From contig JAUZTB010000087.1 in NCBI GenBank assembly GCA_034780895.1, positions 26,340,062-26,404,061 of the forward strand: a stretch of 64,000 bases of DNA, in the 5' to 3' direction. Below the pieces are notes generated by a model. That model made no database searches, was not told the DNA's origin, and saw nothing but the letters and a program-made list of their open reading frames with translations. The position numbers were made by a program, and so were the translations under genes. Positions 25,790 to 39,330 of this stretch are shown piece after piece. Position 1 is the first letter of the stretch. Each line of letters starts with the position of its first letter. This stretch comes from Rhynchobatus australiae. Its lineage: Eukaryota.

Positions 25790-27320
25790 TGGAATCACAG
25801 AAAGGTTACAGGACGAAAGCAGCCACTCAGCCCATTGAGTTTATTCCGGTTCTATGCAAGGCAATCCCATTGATCCCACTCACCTGCCTCTCCCCATTGC
25901 CTTGCAAATCATTTCCTTTCAGATACTTTTCCTGTTCCTTTCTGAATACTACTGTCAAGTCTGCCTCTATGACCTCACCCCAGTAGTGCTTTCCTGAACC
26001 AGACCACTTGCTGTGTACAAAAAAAAGTTTTTCCTCTTGTCGCTTTTTTTGTTCACTTGCGAATCACCTTCATTCTTTGTCCTCTGATTCTGTCTGTTAC
26101 CCGACATGATGTAAAATATTTCTGTCAAATCTCCTCATGATCTCATGTTTTCCAAGGAAAACAATCCCAGTTGCTGTACACTATGCACATAACTAAAGTA
26201 AGCCATTCCTGGAATAATTTTAGTGAATTCACATTCACCACATTTTCCTCATTATCCTTCTCTCTTCCTTATTAAAAAGTTTTGTCAATTTAGTTAAACG
26301 TACTTTGCCTGTAATACATTCATGCCAGTTTTCTTTAATTAATCTACACATGTCCAAGTAACTGCTAATTCTGTCCCTGATTATAATTTCCCCAACATTG
26401 AGTTTAAACTCACTGACCTGTAGTTGTTGGATTTATCCTTTCACCTTTCTTGTTTGAAAAGTTCTTCAGTTGTCAGACACTATCCACATACCCACAGATG
26501 CTTGGAAGATTATGGCCAATTTCCACTTTTACTTCCTTCAGTATGACACAATCCATTTGGACTAAGTATAGCTAATCTTTCTAGTACCTTCTTTATCAAT
26601 CTTGAATATATCCAATATCTCAATTATACCTTCATCATGACTTCAGCAGCTTATTTCTCTTTGGTAAATTACTTATCTCACACCTCAACCATCCTTCCAG
26701 CCTTCTTTTTGGTCCCCAAACTGCTCTGCATTTCCTCTTACCACCATTTTACAGTTCCGTTGCCATTCCTTTTTGGATTCTCTTTTATGTTTGCCGCCGA
26801 TATTCTCTCAGACTCTCTCTCTCTTTCATTTCCCCTCTGATTTTTTTAATATAATCAGCCTGCTTCTCTTTTGTACTATCAACCTGGTCCATCTCTGTTT
26901 TGCTTTATTGTCTATTTCTTCCATCATCCGGAGGCTCAAGATTTAATTGCCATATCTTTCTCCTTTGTGAGAATGTACTTAAATTGAACACAAATTACAG
27001 TTTTGCCTACTAATCTTTGATTCTACTATATCTGAGCAAGATTGTTCTTATCCCATTGAAATTGGCACTTCTCCAATTGACCATTTTAATTTTAGAGCGG
27101 TGCATATCATTTTCTACAGCCCTTCTAAACTTCACTACTGTTCCCTAAAAGTTGCCCCACTGATACATGCCCACTTTATTTGCAGAACAAGTCCTCTTTC
27201 AGCTGGACGGGTAGTGGTCAGACAAGTCCTCCTGAACATACTTCAAAAATTCGTCCCCCAATTTACCCTTTATATTACAACCTCAGCCTAAATTAGGATA
27301 GCTGAAGACCCTCATTATCA
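25790..27320 (-). mobile_element. Old CR1 LINE fragments
   Basis: Pyrimidine-rich reverse-complement CR1 motifs (gttaaac..actgacctgtagttg..; actcagcccattgagt 3' end). Confidence 0.5.
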
Positions 27321-28290
27321 CTGAGTCATGGATCAAGTATCAGAATGAATTGCTATCTATGTTCAGGACAGAATACAGAGATTAGGAGTAAAAGATAACT
27401 AACAACTGAGGAAGAACTGTTCACTGTTCAACAGTGAGATCTTTGCTATTCACAATTTTTATTAATGATTTGAAATTAAAAGCACAATTTCTAAATTTGC
27501 AAATGACAACAATCTGGGGTGTAGTCAATAATTAAGAAGACTCCATCAATTAATACATTTGCAAAATGGCCAAATAAAGTTCAACGCATATAAAATGAGA
27601 GATTACATTTTGCAAAGTAGAGGAACAAAGGGATCTTGAAACAAAAATACACCAATCACTAGAAGTTGTACCACAAGTTAGCAAGAAAAAATGTGAAACA
27701 AATATTAGTGTTTGATTTTGGAGGGATTGAACTGAAAAGTAGAGAAATTGAACTAAACCTATATCAAATCTATGCATGCTATATTATGAAAATAATAGAG
27801 GCTCTGGAGTGGGTGCAGAGATTTACAAATATAATACCAGAAATGCTAGGATATACAGCTCATGAAAGGATGAACTTTTCTCTTAGGAGTTTAAAAAGGC
27901 TGAGAGATCTTTAGAGTTATGAAGGAACATAACAGAGTGGGTGCAGAAAAAAATGCTTCCATATGTGAGGAACAGCACAAACCACAGGCCATCAACATAA
28001 GATACTACATAAGATCAACACTGAGAAATCCAGTCAGGAATTCAGAAGAATGCTCCAAATATTAGTGAGAATGTGGGACTCACTTCAACAGGGAACGTTC
28101 AAGTGAATAGTATAGATACATTTAAATGGAGGCTGCACCAGCAAATGGTAGACAAATGAACAGAGGGCTACTCTAATAGATTTAAATGAGGAAAGGTGAG
28201 AGAGGTGAGTGGATTATAAATGGAATGGAGCATGGACTGGTTGGAACAAGTGGCATATTTCTATGCCATATATCCTATGAACTTGTGTAA
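27320..28290 (+). mobile_element. CR1 LINE RT/3' fragment
   Basis: acaatttttattaatgattt..tctaaatttgcaaatgacaac (IFIND..SKFANDN, a decayed RT motif) and IEALEWVQRFTNIIP. Confidence 0.7.
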
Positions 28291-29019
28291 CTAAAGACAC
28301 ATGCACATTTTCTCATGCACATTATCTCAGTGCCTTTTTCACATTGCCTTTGTCTGTCTGGGTCTAACTTTACAATTTCCCCCATCCCAATAATTGCAGC
28401 ATGATTGGTCAAATGCTGCAGAGTGTAAATAATCATAGTAATCTATTGAACAATATGATGCCNNNNNNNNNNGTTTGAACTTACATGGCAGAGATTTGAG
28501 TTTCAAATGGATCATTCAGATGAAGGATGAATATAATGAAAGCTAAATTATTGGCCATTAAATGCTGCAAGATTTTAATTCTGCAGTTATAGAAATGGAT
28601 CTGGGTGCTACTTCCATATTGGAAAGGACGTACACTTGGCACCATCATAGTTTTTGTATGAATGGACTCATTTGTTACTATACCCTCTGGTGATTTAACA
28701 CCTGGTCTATTCTTTTGCCCTGCACTGAGATTGGACCATTTTTGCTCACTGACTCAAAATGTGCATGGTCTTCCTCTATGCTAATTTCTGCATTGAACAA
28801 AGCACAAGTATATTCACTGCCGTCAGTGTCAAAAAGCTTTGTTCTTTTGCTGCAGAGCTTCACCATCTGATCAGGAGAGAGATCTTGGTTATTTGAAAGA
28901 AGAAGGGCATAATGGTAAAGTTATGTTGAGGGAATGGGGATAAGTAAGAGATGGTTTCTTATTCAATTTGCAGCTTGTAATTTAGAAGAAAGCATGGGAT
29001 GACTGGATAGCAGGATAAT

Positions 29020-30900
29020 GTATACAGCAAGAAGCAGGCCCCCTTGGTCCACCATGTCTCTACCAGCCATCATACCCATCTAAACCGTTCCCATTTACCA
29101 GCACTTGGTCTGTAAGCCATGGTGTTTTAAGTGCTCGTCTCGATGCTTCTCAAATGTGGAAAGAGTAGCTGCTTCCACCACCCACTCAGGAAGTGCATTC
29201 CAGATTCCAAGAGCCCTCTGGGTGAAAAACTTCTTCCTTAGATCCTCCCTACACCTCTTATCTCTTANNNNNNNNNNTAGTTTTAGACATCTCTGCTCTG
29301 GGGAAAAGTTTCCTACGATCTACCTTGTCTATGCCCCTCATAATTTTGTATACCTCAATCTGCTCCAAGGAAAACAAACCCAGCCTATCCAGTCTCTCCT
29401 TATAATGGAAATGTTCCATCCCAGGCAACATCCTGGTGAATCTCTTCTGCACGCTCTGCAGTGCAATCACATTCCCCCTTGTAGTGTGGTAACCTAAACT
29501 GAACATTGTACTTCATCCCTGGTCTAACTAATGTTTTATAAAGTTGTAGTATAACCTCCCTATTCTTATAATCTCAGCCCAGCTAATGAAGGCAAGTATC
29601 CCCTATGCCTTCTTCATCACTTTATCTGTGATGCTACCTTCAGGGAGCTCTGGAGTTATACATTCAGGTTCTTTTATCCCTCGATACTCCTTAGGACCCA
29701 GCATTCATAGTCTGCATTCTATTTTTATTAGTCCTCCCAAAGTGTATCTCCTCATACTTACTGGGATTAAATTCTATCTGCCATTGCTGGGCCCATTTTA
29801 CCAACTGATCATTATCACTCTGACTATCCTCTTCACTATGAACAACACCAGCAATTTTCATGTCAACTGAAAACTTATTAATCATATCTCCTACATTCAG
29901 ATCCAAATCGTTAATGTATACAACAAACAGTAAGGGTTCTAGTACTGAACCCTATGGTACATCACTGGTCACAGACTTCCAATCACAAAAACAACCTTCT
30001 GCCATCACCCTCTGTCTCTTATTATCAAGCCAGTTTTAGATACAATTTGCCTTAGATCCCATGGACCCATTTGGATCAGTTCCTCATGTAGGACCTTGTC
30101 AATGGCCTTACTGAAGTCCATGTACACTACATCAACTTTACTACCCTTATCAATACATTTTATTACCTCTTTGAAAAATTCAATCTAATTAGTGGGAAAG
30201 GATCTTCCCCTAACAAAGCCACCATTACTATCTTTGATTAATCCTGCCATTGCAAGTGTAGATTAAGCCTGACCCTAAATTTGTTTTCCAATATCTTCCC
30301 TACCATTGACATTAGACTCACTGGCCTATAATTACCTGGCTTATCCTTGCAGTCCTGCTTGAGTAAAGGGGTCATATTTGCAGTCATCTATGGCCAGCAA
30401 AAATTTAAAAATCTCTTTCAGGGTCCCAGAAGTCTCCTCCCACGCCTTCCAGAGCAATCAGGATATATCTAACTGGCCCTGGGGATTTATCCATCTTTAA
30501 GTCGACTATGATACATAATACCTCCTTTTTAATTATACCATATTCTAGTATGTTCCTCTTCCCAAATACTCCAATTACAATATACTTTTGTTTAGCAAAT
30601 ACAAACAAGAAGCATTCATTTAAGACCTCACCTGCATCATCAGCTCCACACACAAATTGCTTATTTGGTCCCTAAATCTCAAAGCATTTTGTAAATATAT
30701 TAAGGGATAGATGGTCCTTAGTTACCATCTATCCCTTAATATATTTACAAAATGCTTTGGTATTTTCCTTTATCTTATCCACCAGTGATATATCATACCT
30801 CTCTTTGCCCTCTTAATTGTTTAATCACTCCCCTACACTTTCTATACTCCTGAAGGGCCTCTTCTGTTTTTAGTTTTCTATATCTGCCATATGCTGCTTT
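29020..30900 (-). mobile_element. CR1 LINE ORF2 fragment (~1.9 kb)
   Basis: Minus-strand ORFs: ALQSVQKRFTRMLPGM..YKERLDRLGLFSLE; INKFSVDMKIAGVV..WQIEFNPSKYEEIHFG; EVLNECFLFVF..LKMDKSPGP. Confidence 0.9.
30680..30759. repeat. Perfect 36-bp inverted repeat with 8-nt loop
   Basis: caaagcattttgtaaatatattaagggatagatggt / ccttagtt / accatctatcccttaatatatttacaaaatgctttg. Confidence 0.95.
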
Positions 30901-30904
30901 TTCT

Positions 30905-31082
30905 CCAAGACACTGCAGATGCTGGAATCTGGAACTACAAACAAGATGCTGGAGGAACACAGTGGGTCAGGCAGCATCTATGGAGGGAAATGGACAGTTG
31001 GAGTTTTGGGTCGAGGATGTCGACTGTCCATTTCCCTCCATAGATGCTGCCTGACCTGCTGAGTTCCTGCAGCATCTTGTGC
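30905..31082. mobile_element. Short Penelope-derived hairpin element
   Basis: Arms 30941-30998 and 31023-31080 are 54/58 reverse-complementary (gatgctgcctgacctgctgagttcc family). Confidence 0.7.
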
Positions 31083-31689
31083 ATTACTCTTCAACATCCC
31101 TTGAAATCTGGAGTTCCTTGGACCAGCTGTCCCTACCTTTCACCCTTATGGTAAGATTCTGGGATGCAAAGAAGAGGATTGAATACNNNNNNNNNNNNNN
31201 NNNNNNNNNNNNNNNNNNNNNNNNNNNNNNNNNNNNNNNNNNNNNNNNNNNNNNNNNNNNNNNNNNNNNNNNNNNNNNNNNNNNNNACTGTTCTTTTAAT
31301 AGTTTCTGTGCAATCACCGGCAATAGTTTATGTAAAAATCATTCTATAGATGACCAAAGATCTGACATGGGTCGTCAGCTGTTGTAGTCAACTTTGCCCC
31401 TATAGTTTGGTGGTGCTGACAAAGATTTTGTTCCACCAGATCCAGCAAGAAATAACTGTGTTAGTGAGTGTTGATGGTTGATGTGCCAATGTGGTCATGT
31501 CATACCATATAGCCGATGTGTGCTATGACATGTGGTATGAGACTTAGAGTGGCAGTAAATGTATGTGGGTGATGGTGCATTTGAAAGTTCAGTCATGATC
31601 AATTGAAATTGTCATGCTTGATGTGGGTGCATCACGGGAACACGTACATTGGAGTGGTGGTAGACAGGATTTGATATTTATACAATGGC

Positions 31690-31800
31690 CTTGATCACAC
31701 ATACAAGGTTCATGAATTTCCTGCAGAACTTCATCCATGTCTATGTGGTTAACCTTGAATTGACTTCAATTGCAGTCTCCTCCCACTAGCTTGAGACTAT
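31690..31800 (-). mobile_element. Fossil Myb/SANT-like (trihelix) Harbinger ORF fragment
   Basis: The minus strand translates WEETAIEVNSRLTT*TWMKFCRKFMNLVCVIK, like the W..IA..VN.....RTW.QCRKKF.DL motif of Harbinger DNA-binding proteins; in-frame stop. Confidence 0.6.
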
Positions 31801-34800
31801 GAACCTGAAGGTCTTCCTGGTCATATGCATTTAGTAGATCTCTTTCCATTCTACTTCTTCCAGCTCCCCAGAACTTTTTTTGAAGAATTCCTCATACTTG
31901 TGTTCTAATTTCTCATCGAATGAGCTGCCAGGATCTGTGAATTACTTTCAGCATTGGTTAAGGTTACGGTGCACCTTCACTTTAAGAGATGCAGACATGA
32001 TGTTAATCAACACTGGCCACTCAGTTGGTTTTGTACTACAGCAAATAAACAGCATCATTTGCATTAGCTGGTTGCTGAAATCATGATAATAAGCAAGAAG
32101 AGTTAATTTTGTAAGCATCCTGTCCAGGTATGTTTTAATTGCAACTTGCATTCCAATTATGCATCATGATCCTTGCACTCATCTTCTAGCATTATTCAAT
32201 TTATCTCCCTGATCTTATTATTAAACCTGCATCCACAATCACAATGCCCCTTCCCCCACCCCACCACAAATCTGTATTTCAGCAAGTGATGTTTTAAACA
32301 AAGAATCGTCGTGTTGCTGCATGCGATAGAAAAATGGGATGTATTTAAACTAGTGTCCTTGTATGCTTTCCATTGGCTACTTTTTATATGTTGTTTTCAT
32401 TGAGTTCAATTCCAGTCAAATTCCGACAGTAAATGAACAGAATTGACTGAAAAAAAATCAACTATAAATTTCACTTGTGTTTGGGTGTTGCTGGTATGGG
32501 AGTTGTTCATTTGAGCTGCAGTACACAAGTGCACCTTTGTTTGCCAACACATTGACTACTACCACTGGGATTACCACATACATCCTACAGTGTATAATGT
32601 CCACTTCATGTGCATTACAAAACAATTTCACTGTCATTCTCCATGTTCATACACAATTCCATCACTAATGCTCATCCATTAATATAATTGGTTAATTCCC
32701 CCAAATCAGGAGATCAATTAAGCCAAATAACTAACTGCATTTTGAAGACGACAGGTTGTTACTCGAACTTCAGCTGAGAGTGAGGTCTGCCTAACTTGTA
32801 GGAATTCAAAGCTCAAGATCTTCATTCAAACATATTGAAAGCATTCTAAAATTCTATTTTGTTGTATCATTTTCTTATAGATTTTGCAACTTCTGNNNNN
32901 NNNNNNNNNNNNNNNNNNNNNNNNNNNNNNNNNNNNNNNNNNNNNNNNNNNNNNNNNNNNNNNNNNNNNNNNNNNNNNNNNNNNNNNNNNNNNNNCTTCT
33001 GTGTTATTATATAACAAAGTTTATTTTCAGTCGTATACGTTTAATTTAATGGAAACTCAGAATAAGAAACTCAAAAAAATTAAGTTTGTATGTTTGATTT
33101 TCCTGAACACCATGGTTGGAAATTTTCCAGTGCTTTATTTTTGCAGCTTGGTATTGGTACTTTCCTCCATTGTACTGTGCTTTGTTTAGTGATATGAAAT
33201 GTATCCAATCAAGAGCAAACATTTTGCACAAGCTTATTTGTAATGCCAGGAGCCATCTGAAATGTGACAGTTGAAACATGCCAGTTGGAGGGTTTTTTTT
33301 TCCCCAAATAGATTTATCTTACTGCTACTGGATAAATGCCTGGGCAATTTTCTCAGGTGCGACTGAGCCTGATTTACATTGGACTTAGCTCAAAATAAAC
33401 TCCTTCAGTTTTTCTTTTTAAGTGAATTGTTGATCTAAGGAGGAATACTTAGTCTGAAGTAAGTACACTTTCTATGCAAATTATACAGATTTCAAACAGA
33501 GTAATCTGACATGCAAGTGATAAAAATGGAAATCTAGAAGCCTTTTTTATCACAACCATGAAAACTGAAGTGTCAGTCTCCAGTCTTAGCAAACATATTC
33601 CATTATCCTTCAGAGTCTGCCTGGCTATATCAGAAAAAAAAACCCTGCAATTAAGGTTTAAGGAAAAAAAACAAATTAACAATAATTGTAGCAGCCATTG
33701 TCTAGAAATAATTTAGGATTGGAATTTAAGGAAACAGATAGGACAGTACTGTTTTCTAAATGCCATATAAATCCTATCCTAATTACCAAAGTCAAGGGAG
33801 CAGGCACAAGAAGCATGCCTCAAAGGAGAAACCAAAATTCTGGATGTGCAAACTTCAAGGAGTGAATTTCAATGAGATTGTTATTGGAAGTGTTTCTTCT
33901 CTATCACCACTAATCCCTCACCCCACCCACCACTTTTCCCATAAAAAGACAGATAAAGCGAGTGTCATGGTTTTGATCATATTATTGACTCTCACACATC
34001 TTTTAAAAAATATGCAGATACAAAAGTGAACATCACAAAAACCTATATATTAAAGTAGGCATTTGGACATAATCACAAAACCTGGTGGTATTGTAGCTAC
34101 AGCAATATCATTCTGTGGTTCAAGGAGCCCAAGATCACCCAGCGTTATACACAATGTGTGGAAGGCACTGGTGCTCAATTGAGGGGCCCCTTTTCTCATT
34201 CTTGGTCAAATCAGAACAGACATCAGCAGTTCTTTATATCTATTCAGTCTGGAAACAAAACAAATATAATAAAAGGAAACAAAGAGAATCTTCAAAATTT
34301 GCATTTCCTTCCAGATACACAAGACCTTTTACATTTTTTCTGAGATGCTGATGCTCTGAATGCAGAATCTGTGATTTCCTCTCTGGAGTGGTCATTTAGA
34401 AGAAAAGTTGGGACACATCTATTTATATAAAGGATGATAGATAAAAAGTAGATGCCAGTTCAACTGATTTTTATTTTCAGTCATTTTCCCCAAAGTATCA
34501 ATGTCTAGCAACACAACTTAACAATTTATAATCAAGAAGGGTTTAGTAGGAAAAAAATGCAAATATTCCAAACTTTGAATACATAATAATTCAGGAAAAT
34601 GAAAACAGTGTTAAAACTTGCTATATCCTCAATAATGATCCTTTCTGCAAATTAACATACAGGAATGATTAATTTATTTTGATGGCATTTCTCCTTTAAA
34701 AATCAATCCTGCTACCTTTGCCTCATTATACAATCATTGCGTCTCACTATAATCTCACAGCATCCTCACCATTATTTTATTCACCTTTCATTAATTCACT

Positions 34801-35384
34801 TTGTTCTTATTGTAATCTCATTTTTCCTTCGCTAACAAATTGTTCAACTCTCACAGTAATCTCATTTCCCTTTACAGTCTCACCCCATCTTCTAATGCCT
34901 TTATTACAGTGTCTCTGAGTCTGCTCTATTGTCACACCCTTGCCACATTACTATTTATGAGATAAACCCAGTTTCATGTCCATCTGCTGGTAACACCTGG
35001 AACACCCCCTTGTGGCTAGAAAGATTCATTCAAATACAAGTTTTAAATAACTATATTTCTGTGAATCATTTGCAAATATAATCAGGACATCTGCTGGTTG
35101 CTCCAAAACCATTAATCAATGCAATTTAAATTCATTGAAATAGTGCTTTCCTTTGCTTGCCAGGGATCATTTTAAAATGTTATTGCTGAGTTCACAGTGG
35201 AAAATCTAGCCAGGACTGTCTCATGGTGATACTGGCCAAACCTCATTTAAACTGATTTGTGAATCTTCGGACGAGAAGAATAAAACTCAATGAAGATGCT
35301 ATTGTCATTATGCCCGCTGGATCCAGGTTCCTTTCAACTTCAAATTATTTCACTCTACTGACATGGGCCTAACAACATAAGCGC

Positions 35385-36050
35385 CTAAGAATAGGAGCAG
35401 GAGGATGACATCTAGCTCTTTGAGCCTGCACTGCTACTTATTGATCATGGTTGATCTTCCACCTCTGCATCATTTTCCAGCATTATCCCCTTATCCCTCA
35501 ATTCCCTTGCTATCAAGAAAATCAATTTGTTTCAAATGAATACAATGACTTAGCCTCCGCANNNNNNNNNNNNNNNNNNNNNNNNNNNNNNNNNNNNNNN
35601 NNTCCTAAATGACCTATCCCTTATTCTCGAACTGTGCCCCCCCCCCAGTCCTAGACTAGCAGAAATGTTCTCCCTGTATCCAGTTTGTCAAGATCTTTAA
35701 GAATTTTGTATGTTTCAATGAGATCTATCATTCTTCTAAACTCTGGGAATACATATACAGTCTATTCAATCTCTCCTCTTACAGCAGACCTACCATTCCT
35801 GGAACTGGTCTAGTGAATCTGCACTGTTCACCCTCTGTAGCAACACATCTTTTAAGTAAGGAGACCAAAACTGGACACAATACTCCAAGTGCAATGTCAT
35901 CAATTGCAATAAAACTTCCTTGCTATTGTATTCAAATTCTCTCATAATAATGGCTATGATAATATTTGCCCTTTTAAATCACCTGCTGCACCGACACATT
36001 GGCCTTCACAGGCTTGTGTGCAAGCATAGCTAAATCCCTCTGAACCACCA
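35385..36050 (-). mobile_element. CR1 LINE 3' fragment
   Basis: taagaataggagcagga...tttgagcctgcactgc...gatcatggttgatct; aaggagaccaaaactggacacaatactccaagtg. Confidence 0.7.
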
Positions 36051-38299
36051 CTGGTGTTCCATTTTCCCTTCTCTTTCATCACTAAAAAGTTACCTCATTG
36101 GCCTCTAAAGCATTTTATGATTCAATGCATATCTCCAGTTAAACCACACTGGAAGGTTCTTCTGTTTTGTTTATCTCATGGATATAAACATTTCTGTCAT
36201 TTTAAATACAGCACCACTGGGGGCCATGTTTTCAGCAGCCTGGGCTAACTTTAACTCCTGCCAGCAAAATAGGCAGTCCCCAGGCATATGCTCTCCAAGG
36301 GGGAAATCAAGATCCATTATTAACTTTTGGAAGGTCAATTTGCTGCCTGTTCCAGCAGCAAAACAACAGATTGTCACTTTGACTCATTTATTCTTAACAG
36401 GTAAATTGAATGGTAAACTTTCATTCAGATAAGTTTGGAATCTGCTGGCCCAGGAAAGCCCACCAGCCAGCTGGTCCTGCTAAAGGCCTGGAGATAGATG
36501 TTCAGGTTGGTGAAAGGGGAAGAGCACAATGGCGAGGTGAGGCAAAACTGGATCAGGCCAGTTTGGGCTGGGCCAGTAGTGGCTCACACTATCAACCAAA
36601 GTCTCTCTTAACATTGCTATATCTTTTGTTGTCATGGTTTGTTTGAGAACCAATCTAATCATCAAATCTGTACCTTTATTTTCTCCCTCCGTAACTGGGC
36701 TTGGCCTTGATCCATTGTACAATTCTGCAGACACACAGTGTGCATCACTGCCCACCATGACTCAGCAACATTTATCAAGCAAAACAAAAACAAAGCAGTA
36801 CATCTCCTTAGTCTTCAATAAAATCAATTAATTGTCAAATTACTGGAGAGTAAGCTAGAATACATTTTTAAAACCTCGTTTAGATAAAACATGTCGGCCG
36901 TGCTTAGTAACAAGGCTTTAATCAAACAGAGTGAACATTTATGGGTGATTCTCCAAGTCAATTCAGCTTCATTTACCCTATGGCATCTCCGATTCATTGG
37001 CTGATGCAATATTGGCAATATCTGAAGGAGCAACTGTGCACATAGACAGTATCTTCTGTAAATTTCACATTAAAAGCAAAAATGTTGCATTTTTAAAAGC
37101 AGACAAGGTCTGTAATTAGTGTTTGTCATGTGTTTTGTTAAAAACGCATAAGCAATCTGATTTCTGACATATATATAATAGAATGAGAGGGAATGAGAAA
37201 AGTAGAGAAAAGTCTGAAGACCGACAGAGAGAAGGTAGAAAGAGAGAGCTGGTTGTTGGTGGGCAGGATGGGGGAGGTGGGGGGTAGTGAATTGAACAGA
37301 GAGAACTGGGGCCATAGAGATACTCTCAGTGTTAATCCTCAAATACTGACATTAATTTTGGACCAATATCGTCAAAACAAATTGGGGATGCCAGAACTGG
37401 GGAAATCTCCTCCTTTAAAATTCCCCCAGAACTTCTAGTTACATTGTCAATTAAGATATTGGTCCCAACCTTGTCCAAGCGAAGCCCATCTGGCTTGTAA
37501 AGACTACTCCTGGCTCTAAAGGCCAGGAATGATCCAGTGAATCTGAACACTTCAATGCATTTAATTCCCTTATCTTCCTTATGTTGTACCTATGAGCACA
37601 TGGCATCTGGCATAACACAACCTTTTGATAATTTAATCTANNNNNNNNNNNNNNNNNNNNNNNNNNNNNNNNNNNNNNNNNNNNNNNNNNNNNNNNNNNN
37701 NNNNNNNNNNNNNNNNNNNNNNNNNNNNNNNNNNNNNNNNNNNNNNNNNNNNNNNNNNNNNNNNNNNNNNNNNNNNNNNNNNNNNNNNNNNNNNNNNNNN
37801 NNNNNNNNNNNNNNNNNNNNNNNNNNNNNNNNNNNNNNNNNNNNNNNNNNNNNNNNNNNNNNNNNNNNNNNNNNNNNNNNNNNNNNNNNNNNNNNNNNNT
37901 CCCCCCCGGAACCAACAGTTTATTTTGATATAAATACTTGTTCCCCGACCCCCCCCCCCCACACACATACTCAAACACACAAAATCAGTTTATATTTCAT
38001 TTTGCCATTTCCAGCAAATGAAATTCAGTAAGTAATAATCTTCAGAAAATTGTATTAGTGGCAACTTGCAAAACCTTCACTAATATCATAAAAAACAGAC
38101 TGCACTATGCAGGAGATACGGTAAACTACTCTTGCAATATCTTACAAACTGAATATTGCATTGTACAAACTTAAATTTAGTTGCTTCAATCCACTTATTT
38201 ATTAGTCTCAAGTAGTATCAATGTGCCACTCAAATTATTTTTTTTCATAGCACTGTCAGCTTTAATGTGTTTTTGAACAAGAGCTCCTTATATCCTGAT

Positions 38300-39330
38300 C
38301 CATAACATCCTTATCATACTAAAACATTTCAGGGCACTTCACGAAAATATTACCAAATGACTCCAAATTGCATAAGGAGATATTAGATGAGGTCAGAGAA
38401 ATCAATTTTAAGGTGGTCTTAAGAGGGTAGAGAACTTGAGAGGCAGAAAGGTTTAGGGAAGGAATTTCAGACCTTAGGATGTTAGCTACTAAAGGCCAAT
38501 GATGGACCAGGAATGATCAAGGGGCCAGAATTAGAGTGAAGAAGCAATGTAAGGAGGGATGGGGCAATGCAAGGGTTTGAAAACCACCATGACAAATTTA
38601 AAATCAAGGTTTTACTATACTTGGGGTCAACATAGGTCAGTAAGCACAAGGGTGATGTTTGGAGAGGGTTTAGTGCAAGCTAGAATAAGAAAGAAGAGCT
38701 ATGCCAGACTTCAAGTTTAGAAACTGGGAAATAAAGGAGGCTGGTTAGAAGTGTATTAGAAAAGTAAGTTTGAGAGGTGGCAGCAGCATGGATGAGTTTT
38801 CAGCAAAAGGTACCCCAAATCTAAGGCAAAGGCAGTTGGAGATGAAAGAGTGAATGGTGGTCCAAATCCTATCACCCAATTAAATGAAACATTAATGGCG
38901 GGTGAGCCTCAAAAATTTACCAGGCAGTGTTGGCATCATTAATGTGGGAACAGACTTTGTGATAGGAACAGGATCTGATGGCTTCAGGGTTCCCATTACG
39001 GGAGAAAATTTCACTTCACTCAGTATTAGATGTCAGACAAGTAGCTCAACAATAGAAGGACAAGAGATTATAAAGAGCTGTGATTTCAGGATGATGAAGA
39101 AGGAGTGATGAATAGATGCTTGAGGAACACTGGAAGGAGGAGGAGGAAGTGGGAGGAACTGCCAGTGCAGGTGAAGATTTGTCTAGGACTGGATATACAT
39201 GAACAGCACCAGATGAATTCTGTCCCATCCATCTGGACAACACTGGAGGTGTAGGATGGTGATACATTGAACCATATCAAAGGCTACAGGCAGGCCTGGA
39301 AGATTGAGGAGGAATGGCTTCCCTTTTTCA
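38300..39330 (-). mobile_element. Old L2-type LINE remnant
   Basis: Purine-rich decayed tract (gtttagggaaggaatttcaga..., aatttaaaatcaagg...) resembling the reverse complement of L2 3' regions; similar remnants at ~6500-7500, 17900-18350 and 50960-51500. Confidence 0.4.
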
